Notes: generated by a model not told the origin, from the sequence alone. Shown: positions 9,215-18,800, counted from the stretch's first letter. The stretch is DNA of 64,000 bases from a virus (IMGVR_UViG_3300025387_000016:5544-69543), one strand, 5' to 3'. Program-made: numbers and translations.

Positions 9215-10030
9215 TTAGAAAGGCGAGTACTCGGGCCGTGCGAATACGGGGCAGATGCTCTTGAACGAACACCATTTGTCACAAAGATTATTTGGAGTGG
9301 GCGGGAAGAAACCAAGTTCATACCACTTCTCAATCTTGCCCCACGCTTCGCGCACTCGCTTTTCTGCGTAGGCAACATCAGCATCGGTAACTTCTATATT
9401 GAGTGTCTTGCCGAACTGAACGTAGAGTAGTCGTATGTTCTTGGGTCGCTCGCCCAATACCTTCTCACAGAGATAGGCGTAAATCTTTGAGGGGAGAACT
9501 GCCGAAGCCTTGTATTTGTCGGTCGGCACTTTCCCGGTTTTGTAGTCAACAATTTCCAAGTTGCCATCAGCATCTCGGTCAAGGCGGTCAAGGATGCCAC
9601 GAAGTAGCCACCCACCCATATCCACTTCCATTTGGATTTCTATGCCCTCGGAGGTGATTTGCGTGGGGTCTTCCATCGTGAAGTAGGTGCGGATGTATTT
9701 GGCAACGTCACGGCCAAAGACTTGTATGCCTTGTTCGTCAATGCCCATTTCTTCGGCATACTCGGCGGTGACTAAACCACGGAACATTTCTCGCATAAGG
9801 GCAAGGGTGTAATCAACTGTCCGTAGTTCGGGCGTTTCAGCAGTTCGATTGAACATCTCTTCCAAGATGGCGTGGAAGACAGTTCCCCGATATGTCTCCA
9901 TTTTCTTGCGTTCGGGCAACTTGTCAATGCTTGATAATTGGTATTGCCGGGGGCAAGACTCAATCTGATTCACTCGGCTTGGTGATACGCCGTAGGGCTT
10001 CGGGCCGAGCGTGACAGGGGTTGAGTTCAT
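9215..10030 (-). CDS. RecB-family PD-(D/E)XK exonuclease (Cas4-like fold)
   Basis: SPSRVNQIESCPRQY; GTVFHAILE; LRGILDRLD..IVDYKTGK; C..C..C C-terminal cluster. Start placed at ATG 10030. Confidence 0.85.
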   Translation of the reverse strand: MNSTPVTLGPKPYGVSPSRVNQIESCPRQYQLSSIDKLPERKKMETYRGTVFHAILEEMFNRTAETPELRTVDYTLALMREMFRGLVTAEYAEEMGIDEQGIQVFGRDVAKYIRTYFTMEDPTQITSEGIEIQMEVDMGGWLLRGILDRLDRDADGNLEIVDYKTGKVPTDKYKASAVLPSKIYAYLCEKVLGERPKNIRLLYVQFGKTLNIEVTDADVAYAEKRVREAWGKIEKWYELGFFPPTPNNLCDKWCSFKSICPVFARPEYSPF

Positions 10031-10094
10031 AGTTTCCACACTAGCAAAGTGGTATGTCACACCCTTGAGTTATCGTATATTTGTCAAGAAATAC

Positions 10095-10123
10095 TTGACA
10101 GGGGTTTAGTTTGGAAATACAAT
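10095..10123 (+). promoter_or_regulatory. Consensus sigma-70/sigma-A promoter, leaderless
   Basis: TTGACA-N17-TACAAT with ATG 6 nt after the -10. The -35 is one arm of the inverted repeat TGTCAAG-N5-CTTGACA (10082-10100). Confidence 0.85.
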
Positions 10124-10129
10124 AGAAGT

Positions 10130-10447
10130 ATGGAAAACAAGGAGAAAGAAATGGATGAGAACCTGAAGTTGGTTCAGCAGTGGCTCAAGGAAGAGTGCAA
10201 GGACAAGACTGTCTTGGCTTGGTATATGGACCACAACGAGTCTTGCCTAATCAGCATCGGCGGTGTGGAAGTCCCAGACTACGCCGAGTGGGGCTATGAG
10301 AGTGGCTATGAAAACTACATCTACTTCATCAACGCAAACGGTGAAGAAGAGTGGGCCGGCGACCTTGACAATGCCTACGAGGATGAGATGTTCCTCAAGA
10401 AGATTGCCGACTTTGACGAGTTCAAGCAGTTCGCAGGAACTCTCTAA
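10130..10447 (+). CDS. Acidic hypothetical protein (isolated plus-strand gene)
   Basis: ATG directly after the promoter; an internal AAGGAG/ATG at 10151 is an alternative start. Confidence 0.7.
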   Translation: MENKEKEMDENLKLVQQWLKEECKDKTVLAWYMDHNESCLISIGGVEVPDYAEWGYESGYENYIYFINANGEEEWAGDLDNAYEDEMFLKKIADFDEFKQFAGTL

Positions 10448-10450
10448 AAG

Positions 10451-10717
10451 TTAGAAGAGTTCCTCAAAGTGGTTATAGTCGGCCACGCTTGCTAAAGCCG
10501 TAGCAATAGTTTCAGCAAGAATGATTGCGTCTTCCTTAGACCCAGCGTAGATAGAGAAATCCTGCATCGGCACAATCATTCCGCCCACGTTATCCTTACG
10601 CACCACTCGCAACTCGCTTGGTGCTTTGGGGTCTTCGGGTGTCCAAATAACGAACTCGTAAGGATTATCCTTAGCGCGAGTTTGGTTGAAATCTAGTTCT
10701 TCCCAAGTAAGGGGCAT
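10451..10717 (-). CDS. Hypothetical protein
   Basis: 88 aa, coupled (TAATG) to the upstream gene. Confidence 0.65.
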   Translation of the reverse strand: MPLTWEELDFNQTRAKDNPYEFVIWTPEDPKAPSELRVVRKDNVGGMIVPMQDFSIYAGSKEDAIILAETIATALASVADYNHFEELF

Positions 10718-10992
10718 TACTGCACAACCTCTTCTGCGAACTGCGTGAGGTGTTCATATTTGTCAAGACGAGCGCGTAGCGATTCGTTTGCCTCGCCAGC
10801 AATCTCAAGGGCGCGAACGAGTCGAGCTCGGTCTTCCTCAAGGGCATCACACTTGACCTGCAGTTCTTCAGCCCTTTCGCTAAGGCTTAGGGTCGCGCTG
10901 ATTAGGTTGCCGATGTCGGTTGCGTCGTAAGCATCTTGCGTTACGCCACGCCACACCTTGTCGGTAAGTTCTTGTACGTTAGTTGAGGTCAT
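10717..10992 (-). CDS. Coiled-coil hypothetical protein
   Basis: AAAGGAG RBS; heptad-rich. Confidence 0.65.
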   Translation of the reverse strand: MTSTNVQELTDKVWRGVTQDAYDATDIGNLISATLSLSERAEELQVKCDALEEDRARLVRALEIAGEANESLRARLDKYEHLTQFAEEVVQ

Positions 10993-11037
10993 AGTGACTC
11001 TCCTTTCGTGACCCCACTATACCATACCTACGTTGCT

Positions 11038-11442
11038 TTACACCCCACCTGTGTATTTGAGCAGGTTTTTTAGTGGAGTTTCGGGGGTCGGGGCATACTC
11101 AACCTCGGTTCTGTGTTCGCAATCAGCACAGACGATTTGGATAAGGCTATTCGCAATAGTGCGAACTCGCCAGTCGTGGAAGCACGTTTCCCTATCGCCG
11201 TTATTTACAACCCTAATTTGGTTGTGAACGGGGTCACGGACGATTCGTTTCTGCCGTTCAAGGCGGCTGATTATGCCGTGAATAGTAGAACTACTACTAA
11301 TCCCTAATGCTTTGGCGATAGAGCGATAGCCCGGTGGGAATCCGTATCGTTCCCAATACCAATTTATGTATTTGAGAACCTTTACGTCGCGCTCTCGTTT
11401 CTCTACGGCGGTGAGATACGGCTTATAGGGGCGATATTCCAT
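11038..11442 (-). CDS. LexA-type winged-HTH DNA-binding protein with C-terminal Zn ribbon (no peptidase domain)
   Basis: VLKYI..Y...YGFPP.YRSIAKALGISSSSTIHGIISRLE...I.RDP matches the LexA DBD; C-terminal CFHDW...CADC. Confidence 0.75.
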   Translation of the reverse strand: MEYRPYKPYLTAVEKRERDVKVLKYINWYWERYGFPPGYRSIAKALGISSSSTIHGIISRLERQKRIVRDPVHNQIRVVNNGDRETCFHDWRVRTIANSLIQIVCADCEHRTEVEYAPTPETPLKNLLKYTGGV

Positions 11443-11460
11443 ACCACCCCATACTACCGA

Positions 11461-11754
11461 CTATGAACGCTCGTTCTCAATTTCAGCAAGGGCTTTGCTT
11501 AGTATCTCTTGGATAAGAACTTGCGTAGAACCCTCTGCTTTGGAGTAGGCCGCAAGTCGCCCGATAGCGATATTAAACGCCATTCGGTAAAGGTCGCGCT
11601 CGCTTTCCATTTCAGCAAACGACTCCACGAGGGCTTGATTCGTGATGCCAGCAGAGTGAAGCGCCTTTGTAATTGTCGCTACGTTATCCACTTCTTTGAC
11701 GAGGGCATCGCTCAAAGATTCAATCATCCGAAGTTTGGATTTCTTGCCTATCAC
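11461..11754 (-). CDS. Hypothetical protein
   Basis: 97 aa, helical, in operon. Confidence 0.6.
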   Translation of the reverse strand: MIGKKSKLRMIESLSDALVKEVDNVATITKALHSAGITNQALVESFAEMESERDLYRMAFNIAIGRLAAYSKAEGSTQVLIQEILSKALAEIENERS

Positions 11755-11915
11755 GTTGTTTTCCGATACTTATCCGGCACGGGGCCGCTATAGGTTGTGC
11801 CGTTGTATTCAGAGGTGAACGGGAATCGTGCGCCACACGGGATACACATTACATACGTCTTTGCCCCGGCGTTCATAAGAATCCACTTATGCTTGTTGTC
11901 TACGCATTTCGCCAT
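11751..11915 (-). CDS. Small Zn-finger-like protein
   Basis: Read manually: MAKCVDNKHKWILM...CIPCGARF...; overlaps both neighbours in coupled fashion. Confidence 0.5.
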   Translation of the reverse strand: MAKCVDNKHKWILMNAGAKTYVMCIPCGARFPFTSEYNGTTYSGPVPDKYRKTT

Positions 11916-12139
11916 TTCGCCCTCTCGCTGATTGTTTTGCGAAAGAACGCTACTGCACTATCGGCTTCCTTGCGAGTGTTGAAGTCTTCGGTCTTGATGA
12001 CGAGGTGATAGGTTCCGTCGCCATCGTGGATAGTCTCAATAAAATATCCGTAGCCGAGCCAAAAGTCTACTTTTTTAGCCACTTCGCCCACCATTTCTTG
12101 TCGGTCTGCTTCTTTGCGTCGTAAACGCTTTCTCGCCAC
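11900..12139 (-). CDS. Hypothetical protein
   Basis: 79 aa, AAGGAG RBS upstream. Confidence 0.6.
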   Translation of the reverse strand: MARKRLRRKEADRQEMVGEVAKKVDFWLGYGYFIETIHDGDGTYHLVIKTEDFNTRKEADSAVAFFRKTISERAKWRNA

Positions 12140-12172
12140 GTTGCGAACTTCTCCTTGGCGGTAATGCTTGCT

Positions 12173-12505
12173 CTAATCTGCTTCATTCGCACTCCTTTGG
12201 TGAACGCCTACGATTCCGGCGATAATCCAAGTGACCACAGGAACGGCAACGGCGTTGCCCATTTGCTTATAGCGATTGGTATCGGAGTTGATGCCCGTCC
12301 ACCCACGAGGAAAGCCCTGTAGAGACTCGCACTCTTCTGGCGTTATTCGGCGCACCCTCGTTTCAGCACTACGGACAGGAACGTTTCCACCGCCCGTTCC
12401 CATAAAAGCAAGGAGAGTCGGGGATACGGCTTCGTGGACTCGCATTTCACCAGTACGGCGATTTGCTTCATAGACCGTGTTGTTATCTAGCGTGGACACT
12501 GACAA
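12173..12505 (-). CDS. C5 DNA methyltransferase C-terminal module 3 (TRD + motifs IX/X)
   Basis: RRITPEECESLQGFPRGWT...YKQMGNAVAVPVV. Confidence 0.8.
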   Translation of the reverse strand: MSVSTLDNNTVYEANRRTGEMRVHEAVSPTLLAFMGTGGGNVPVRSAETRVRRITPEECESLQGFPRGWTGINSDTNRYKQMGNAVAVPVVTWIIAGIVGVHQRSANEAD

Positions 12506-12932
12506 TCCCCTCGATTACCCAATCAACAACTGGAACTGCAACTGCGTTCCCCATTTGCTTATAGCGATAGCGGTCTAGTTGGCCGTTGTCTGTCCATCCA
12601 ATCGGAAACCCTTGTAGTTGTTCGCACTCTTCGGGCATTAGGCGACGGATTTGTGGCTTGGTGGCAAACACTTGGGCGTGGTGACTCTGCACACTCGGTT
12701 GGTGTGCTGAAACCGTGCCAGAAACCTCTATGGGCGTGGCACTAAAGGTATTTGCCTTGGCGTCCTCACGGATTGAGTAGGCGAGTGCCTCTTTTTCGGC
12801 GGCTTGGATAGACATAGAAAGAACTTTCAGTACATAGGCATCTTGCGTTGTTCCCGTTGCCGCGTCCCCCATACCAGCGAGCAAAGTCGGCATAATAGGT
12901 TCTTCGGATAGGGAGAGACTTACTCTAGCCAC
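12483..12932 (-). CDS. C5 DNA methyltransferase C-terminal module 2 (TRD + motifs IX/X)
   Basis: RRLMPEECEQLQGFPIGWT...YKQMGNAVAVPVV. Confidence 0.8.
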   Translation of the reverse strand: MARVSLSLSEEPIMPTLLAGMGDAATGTTQDAYVLKVLSMSIQAAEKEALAYSIREDAKANTFSATPIEVSGTVSAHQPSVQSHHAQVFATKPQIRRLMPEECEQLQGFPIGWTDNGQLDRYRYKQMGNAVAVPVVDWVIEGIVSVHAR

Positions 12933-13743
12933 GATTGTTTATAGACACAATTCCGGCGATTACCCACTCCACGACTGGTATAGCAACGGCGTTGCCCATT
13001 TGCTTATAGCGGTGGACATTGGATTGTTCCTTGCCATCAGCACGAAGAAGTGTGTGGTCGTCTGGGAAGCCTTGAAGCCGCTCGCACTCAGTAGGGGTCA
13101 AACGACGAACGACCGATTCCATCCGAACGGCGGCGTAGCCTTGACCGGGCTTTCCGCCACCACCCGTAAGAGCGTTCGTCACGTCAACCTCTCGGATTTC
13201 GGCGCGCTGATTCTCGACCATCGCTTTTGGGGTGAGGATGTTGTGTCGGTTGTTATCCACAGTTCTTGCCACCGCATCCGTTCGGTACACACGATATGGC
13301 TGTGGCATTTCGGGCCACGGCGTTAGCGAACCCACTTCGGAGTTGTTCTCTATTTCAGCACCAGCGCTTTCTTCTATAAGGATGAGATGGCGATTGTTGT
13401 CAACCGTTCTCGTTGGGGTATCCGTGCGATAGACCATATTTGCTTGACCCATTTCGGACCACGGGGTCAAGTTGCCCATTGGGGTTGCCTCTACATCGTA
13501 AAACGTTGCGAGTTGGTTATCGCCCATATGAGCTCGGATGGTTGGGGCTATTTCAGCAGGGTCGTGACCCTCGATTCGACTCAACGCACCCGGCTCAAAG
13601 ACTTGAGGGTTCTGGGGAACCATAACCGAAGCACCGCCCGTAGCCGTAAGGGTGTACGAGGGGTCGCCCGGATTTCCGATGCCCAAACCGTTCTGCTTCT
13701 GCTCTAGGCCGCGCCCGTCTTGGATTGGAATTGGCTCACTCAT
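12925..13743 (-). CDS. C5 DNA methyltransferase C-terminal module 1 (multiple TRD-like units + motifs IX/X)
   Basis: RRLTPTECERLQGFPDDHT...YKQMGNAVAIPVV. Start at ATG 13743 overlaps the upstream stop (ATGAGTGA). Confidence 0.82.
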   Translation of the reverse strand: MSEPIPIQDGRGLEQKQNGLGIGNPGDPSYTLTATGGASVMVPQNPQVFEPGALSRIEGHDPAEIAPTIRAHMGDNQLATFYDVEATPMGNLTPWSEMGQANMVYRTDTPTRTVDNNRHLILIEESAGAEIENNSEVGSLTPWPEMPQPYRVYRTDAVARTVDNNRHNILTPKAMVENQRAEIREVDVTNALTGGGGKPGQGYAAVRMESVVRRLTPTECERLQGFPDDHTLLRADGKEQSNVHRYKQMGNAVAIPVVEWVIAGIVSINNRG

Positions 13744-14887
13744 CTTCGCCCGTTTCAGCAAAGGTCGTGTGGACAGAAACCATTGGTATTCCAAGGCCGA
13801 TGAAGTCACTCCCACTCGCCGTGACGGTCGGGGCAATACCCTCTCCGTACATTGAGTTGACTCGACGTTCTACGACTACGTGCGCCTCGGCTCGGTTGGA
13901 GTCGGTGGCAGTTAGCGTTGCGAATGGGGGCGAATCAGCATACCCATTGAAGTTCCCACCCGAATAAGCCGATTGCTCGACAACAATAAAGTCCTCTTGG
14001 CTCATAGATGCCCGAAGCGTGTTTAGCCCCTCGGCGTATTGGGCGAAGTCACTCTTAGAAAAAGGGATGGTCGAGTTCTCGTCAGCGACGGCCTCTCCCT
14101 CCTCTAACGGCTCAAACGCATACGGCGTGTTATTGCTACCCGTTGAGGCGAGCAAAGTGGTTGATGTTTCAGCAACTCGCAAGTCGCCGCGCTGGTTCTG
14201 CGTGACTACTGCGGGTCGGGCGTGTAGCCCTCGGCTTGCTTCTCCAAGGCTGTCTGTAGTGCTGTCGGCAAGGTCTTCCCACGCCGCTTCGCTCTCGCCA
14301 GAATCCCCGCACACGCTTTCGCGCTCAAATAATACTTCTGTGGCACTTCGCCAGTCTCCAGCACGTCGGCCAACGATGAAGACGCGCCGCCTGCGCTGGG
14401 GAACTCCGAAGTATTGAGCATCCAACACCCGCCAACTGACGCCGTACCCGAGTTCGACCAACGTGGCGACAACGCTTCCCATATCTGCCCCTCCGTTACT
14501 GGAAAGAAGACCGGGGACGTTTTCGAGGACGAACCACTCTGGCTCGACTTCTTTGATGATGCGCGCAACTTCGTAGAAGAGGCCGCTTCTCTTTCCAGCC
14601 AGCCCAGCACGTCTTCCGGCAACGGAAAGGTCTTGGCAGGGGAATCCTCCGACAAGGATTCCGTTTCGTGGAACAAAGCCTGCTGAAATAAGTTGCTCAC
14701 CTGTTACCTCCGTAACATCGTTGAATAGTTGAGTGTTTGGGAACTGCTTTGCCAAAATCGCTTGCGCGTGTTTGTCAATCTCTACGGCGGCTACGACTTT
14801 CACCCCATTGCGTTCGAGAGCAAGGTCGAAACCCCCCACGCCCGCAAAGAGGGAAACCGCAGTCATCTGTTGGGTTTCATTAGCCAT
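13736..14887 (-). CDS. C5 cytosine DNA methyltransferase catalytic subunit (motifs I-VIII, lacks IX/X)
   Basis: SLFAGVGG (I), EID (II), GGFPCQDLS (IV), ENVPG (VI), QRRRRVFIVG (VIII). Start at ATG 14887. Confidence 0.9.
   Translation of the reverse strand: MANETQQMTAVSLFAGVGGFDLALERNGVKVVAAVEIDKHAQAILAKQFPNTQLFNDVTEVTGEQLISAGFVPRNGILVGGFPCQDLSVAGRRAGLAGKRSGLFYEVARIIKEVEPEWFVLENVPGLLSSNGGADMGSVVATLVELGYGVSWRVLDAQYFGVPQRRRRVFIVGRRAGDWRSATEVLFERESVCGDSGESEAAWEDLADSTTDSLGEASRGLHARPAVVTQNQRGDLRVAETSTTLLASTGSNNTPYAFEPLEEGEAVADENSTIPFSKSDFAQYAEGLNTLRASMSQEDFIVVEQSAYSGGNFNGYADSPPFATLTATDSNRAEAHVVVERRVNSMYGEGIAPTVTASGSDFIGLGIPMVSVHTTFAETGEDE
14206..14700 (-). CDS. Nested alternative-frame ORF resembling the M.EcoHK31I beta polypeptide
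   Basis: Lies wholly inside the MTase gene in another frame; carries SSLADVLETGEVPQKYYLSAKACAGILARAKRRGKTLPTALQTAL, the conserved overlapping-frame motif of EcoHK31I-type MTases. Confidence 0.7.
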   Translation of the reverse strand: MSNLFQQALFHETESLSEDSPAKTFPLPEDVLGWLEREAASSTKLRASSKKSSQSGSSSKTSPVFFPVTEGQIWEALSPRWSNSGTASVGGCWMLNTSEFPSAGGASSSLADVLETGEVPQKYYLSAKACAGILARAKRRGKTLPTALQTALEKQAEGYTPDPQ

Positions 14888-14932
14888 AGTTGAAACTATA
14901 ACTGATTCAGCAACGTTTGTCAGGTCAATCGC

Positions 14933-14968
14933 AAACAAAAAACCCCACCCGGGATTGGGTGGGATTCT
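14933..14968 (-). terminator. Intrinsic terminator downstream of the Rpf-like gene
   Basis: Minus strand ATCCCACCC-AATCCC-GGGTGGGGT followed by TTTTTGTTT. Confidence 0.75.
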
Positions 14969-15032
14969 TGTAGGTCACAAGGAACGAGTAGTGCCTATGA
15001 ACACTATAGTCACGTTTAGCGACCACATCAAG

Positions 15033-15656
15033 TCATACGCACCCGTCGCCGTTCCACGGCGAGAACCCGTCTCGTTTCCAATACCAAATCGCAACGGCAC
15101 TCTGCTGTTCGGGCGTTGCGTAGTTGGCACTAGACACGGGGATACCGAGAGCCTTCGCACCGAACTGCCAGATATAGGGCAAGAACTGATATAGGCCTTC
15201 TGCGCCCGAATACTGATTTGTGTCGTTGGGGTGATTTCGGCTTTCGGCGTATCGGATACAGGCAAACGTCACTTGGTCGGCCATAGGGAGTGACCTAACC
15301 GGGTCGCTTGCCGATGGCTCGTATGCCGTTGGGTCGGTCTGCCACGTCCACCAAAGAGAGTTGCCGATGTCATATGAATCAGCACTAAGGGTGTGGGAGT
15401 GGGCCACAAGATGTGGGGCGATAGGTTGCGGCGCGACAACGTGAGCCGTGACAACGTGGGGCTTTACAACGGCCTTTGGCGCAGGCGTGGGGAACCACGC
15501 CCCCTTGTTGGGGATTAGACCAGTATTGCTTCGATAGGCAATAGTGGTGATATGTGTAGGGGTCGCACTCTTGACGGCGTGAGCGTGTGGGTGGCTTGTT
15601 GCCGTGCTTACGCCTAGAGCGAGAACTAAAGCGACGCCTCTAATAGCGCCTCTCAC
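15033..15656 (-). CDS. Secreted lytic transglycosylase (Rpf/SLT-like lysozyme domain)
   Basis: N-terminal signal peptide; CIRYAES (catalytic Glu), GLYQF..W, ATPEQQ.AVA, GFSPW..C. Confidence 0.8.
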   Translation of the reverse strand: MRGAIRGVALVLALGVSTATSHPHAHAVKSATPTHITTIAYRSNTGLIPNKGAWFPTPAPKAVVKPHVVTAHVVAPQPIAPHLVAHSHTLSADSYDIGNSLWWTWQTDPTAYEPSASDPVRSLPMADQVTFACIRYAESRNHPNDTNQYSGAEGLYQFLPYIWQFGAKALGIPVSSANYATPEQQSAVAIWYWKRDGFSPWNGDGCV

Positions 15657-15756
15657 CGACTTCCGGTGCTAGAGGGATACGGCACACTTCTACTTACGTT
15701 GATGCTGTTCATAACAGACACCTTTCTTGGGTAGCCTCGTCAAACGAGGATATTCA

Positions 15757-15785
15757 AGTTTACCCGAACGTGACACCCTAGGCAA
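15757..15785 (-). promoter_or_regulatory. Promoter for the Rpf-like gene with TGTCAC in the spacer
   Basis: Minus strand TTGCCT-agggtgtcacgttcggg(17)-TAAACT. Confidence 0.65.
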
Positions 15786-15818
15786 GTATCAACCGATATA
15801 GCCTCGTTTATCGGTTTT

Positions 15819-18800
15819 TTATTCCGTGTCTGGGTCGGTGAGCTCCACGCCGGGCATATCAGCATCATCGCCCACGAGCGTCACAGGGCCGTCAAGCGTG
15901 TAGAGGAACTGAACGATACCGACTTCGCCATCTGGCGACCAATAGGTATTACTTCCACGACGAGGTGAGATTGCTTCGGTGTCCATATCTGCCGCCTTGC
16001 TTACGCTTTCCGTTGAGTTGTTCCAACCATAGGCATCAGCAAATGCTTTTTCTGCTGGCGTGTCTCTCAAACCCATTTCCTTTTGAGCATAGGCTTCGGC
16101 GTATGCCTCTTGCATCTTCCAGCACCCATATTGCGTCATACCTAGTTGGCTAAGTGCATCTTTCTCTTTACTTGAAAGTTCTCCGATTCCTGAATCAGTA
16201 TCGGCAAGGAACTTTGGAAGGTCGGCGCGTGAAACGATAAGGTTGCCACCGAAGTCAACTCTTGCGTATTTTGCGTTGGCACGAACGAACTTACCTTGGG
16301 CATCTTTCTGCCCTTTTACCCAATCAACTTTTGGTGATACTTTCAAGAGTTCGTTGAGAACGGGCGTGATTTTTAGGCCGTTCTTAAAGAAATTGCCGTG
16401 ACCGATTTCGTGGATAAGTGTCGCCTCAAGATTTCGTTGAGTGGACATAAACATATCGCCAATGCTGAAAGAGCGACCAATCTTGCCTTGATTTATCTTA
16501 ATGTTGGCATCGTCGGCTTTTTCCAAAGTGCTCTCAATTTTGTTGACCGCATCTCGACCCTCTGGCGTGTCTGACTTACCTTTGATTTGCATTTCAGCAG
16601 TGGCGAGTAGTGCGTTCCAATCCGTTTGGGCCTGTGCGGGGTCGGCCGCACCACGAGTCGGATTGTATTTGGCAATAGATTCCATAAGGTTTCGGCTAAT
16701 GAGACTGTGCTTGCCCATAGCAATAGTATCGGGGTCGCCCATACAAACAGCAGCGAGGGTTCGGGTGCTTAGTTTGCGATTGGTGTCAAAGTCAATCTTC
16801 TTGCCAGTAGACCACTTATCCACGATTGCGAGAACGTTGTTTGTCGCTCGGTCGCCAATCTTCCAACCTCGCGCGGTGTTCCTAAATACGGCAGTGTTTC
16901 CGGCTTTGGAAACATAGACAGTATGGTTATTGCCCTTTTTCAGCATTGACCAACCATCGGGCAATACGCCCTTTCCATACTTCACATCAAGGCGAATACT
17001 TGGAGAGTCTTCTATGGGCGCAGAGTCGTTGGTTTGCTTCGTTCCGCTAGTGCGTGCCTCACTCTGCTCGCCACCCACGCCGTTTTCCCATTGGTTCCCG
17101 TGGAAAACGTGGCCGGGCTTATCCCCTGATTCGCCAGCGACTCCGGTTTTTTTTATTTGTGTATCACCTAACGAGAGTCGTGGGTTGCCGATATGGTCGT
17201 GCCACTCGTTCGCAACGTGGAGCGCGGTCTTGGCATCACACGAGAGTCGTTGGATTGGAAGTTTGTAGTCGGGGTTGGCGGCCTTTATTGCCAATGCTGC
17301 TGACCAATAGTGATGTCCGTCAATGATATAGCCGTCGCTTGACACAAGGGGTGCGCGCTTTTCGGGGATTCCCGTTTCAGCAAACTCCTTAAATACGCCG
17401 CCAGTCTTCCACCCGTCAATCTCGCTCTGTGAGGGCTTGATGGTTCGGGGGTCTACGGCTTCTTGTTTGGCAGTGATTCCATACTTCGCCTCAATATCCT
17501 TTAGGAATTGGGGGCGTTGGCTCGGTAGGATTTGCGGCATATGCTCACGCAGCAAATCAGCATTATTATCAGTCTTAAACGGCTTTTGCCCGTCAACGAC
17601 GAGATTCGTGATGTTGTAGCCCTTGTCTCGCGTCCCTAAGTCGTAGATACCCGTGACGAGTGAGGGCAAATCAGCACTCTTGACTTCGGGGCTCGCACCG
17701 TTGTCGAGTTGTTCGACTACGCCCGATGCGTCATATTGGTTCCCGTGAAATATATGACCGAGAACGTCGCCCTTTAGGACTTCGAGGTGTCGGTTCCACG
17801 CTCGGCGTGAAGTTTGGCCGCCAACTGGCGAGCCAACGTGCGAATCTCGTCCTTGTCCATCTTGTCTATGCCCTTTGGCAACTTGATTACCTGAATCGGG
17901 TTGTGCTTCTCCGACATTTCCTGTGCCTCCTGTGGGTACTTCGTCTTGTGCGGCCACATCCCAAATGGAAATCTGGTCACGGTCTTGGCCGGCCTTGATG
18001 GCCGCTTCCTTATCCTCAATGTTTTCGGATACGTCTAGGTATACTTTACCATCATTTAGCCATAGACCCAAGTAGTTATTCTCTTTGCCGAGCTCGGCTT
18101 GGTGTTTCAGCAGGTAGTCATTGAGGATATCTTCGGTCTTTGCGGGGTCGAAGAAATCCTTTTCGTCAACTACCGCCCCAAACTTCGAGTCGGTGGCAAC
18201 CATAAAGCCCTTGACTGGTTCGCTTCCGTCAATCAACTTGACGCTCAAACCGCCGTTTTCTCGCACCTTTTCAGCAACTTCTTGGGCTACGCCCTCACCA
18301 GTTGTGTATTGGTTGCCGTGAAAATTGTGTCCGGGGAGGTCGCCTTTGTTTACGGGGTCAATGCCACCAGACCACGCACCGTCATCCACCCACGTTCCAT
18401 CGTTCATTTCAGCAGGGCTGTGTTGTTCGCCCATCTGGTCAGTAAACCGGGCTTGCTGGGCTAGTTCCTTTTCGGCCTGTCCACGACCTAGTGCGGCGAG
18501 TGAGTTTCCGTCATCGTCGTTGCCGTAGTGCTTTGAGGCATCAAAGAACGCACGGGCAGCGGCATCGTGCGCTCGTGCTGCTGACTCAAATTGTTCTTTA
18601 CGGCGAAAAGCGTGGGCTTGGTTAGAAAGTTTTTCTGCTTCGGCTACTTTTCCGTGACCTTTGCTTTTATTGTCTTCCTCAAACGACTTGGCTACGGCTT
18701 CACTTGCCTTTTCAGCACGAGCAACCATCTTTTTTGCCCACGCATACCCAGCGTCGCCACCCCACGCATACCACGCCACCTTTCCGGGGCTTGGTTCATT

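Noticed and set aside
9215-10030. Cas4-like nuclease suggesting a CRISPR locus
   Set aside because: No repeat-spacer array or other cas genes were seen; stand-alone RecB/Cas4-family exonucleases are routine in actinophages.
11038-11442. LexA-like protein as proof of a temperate lifestyle
   Set aside because: It lacks the peptidase domain, and no integrase, att site or parAB partition pair was seen in this window; lifestyle cannot be called.
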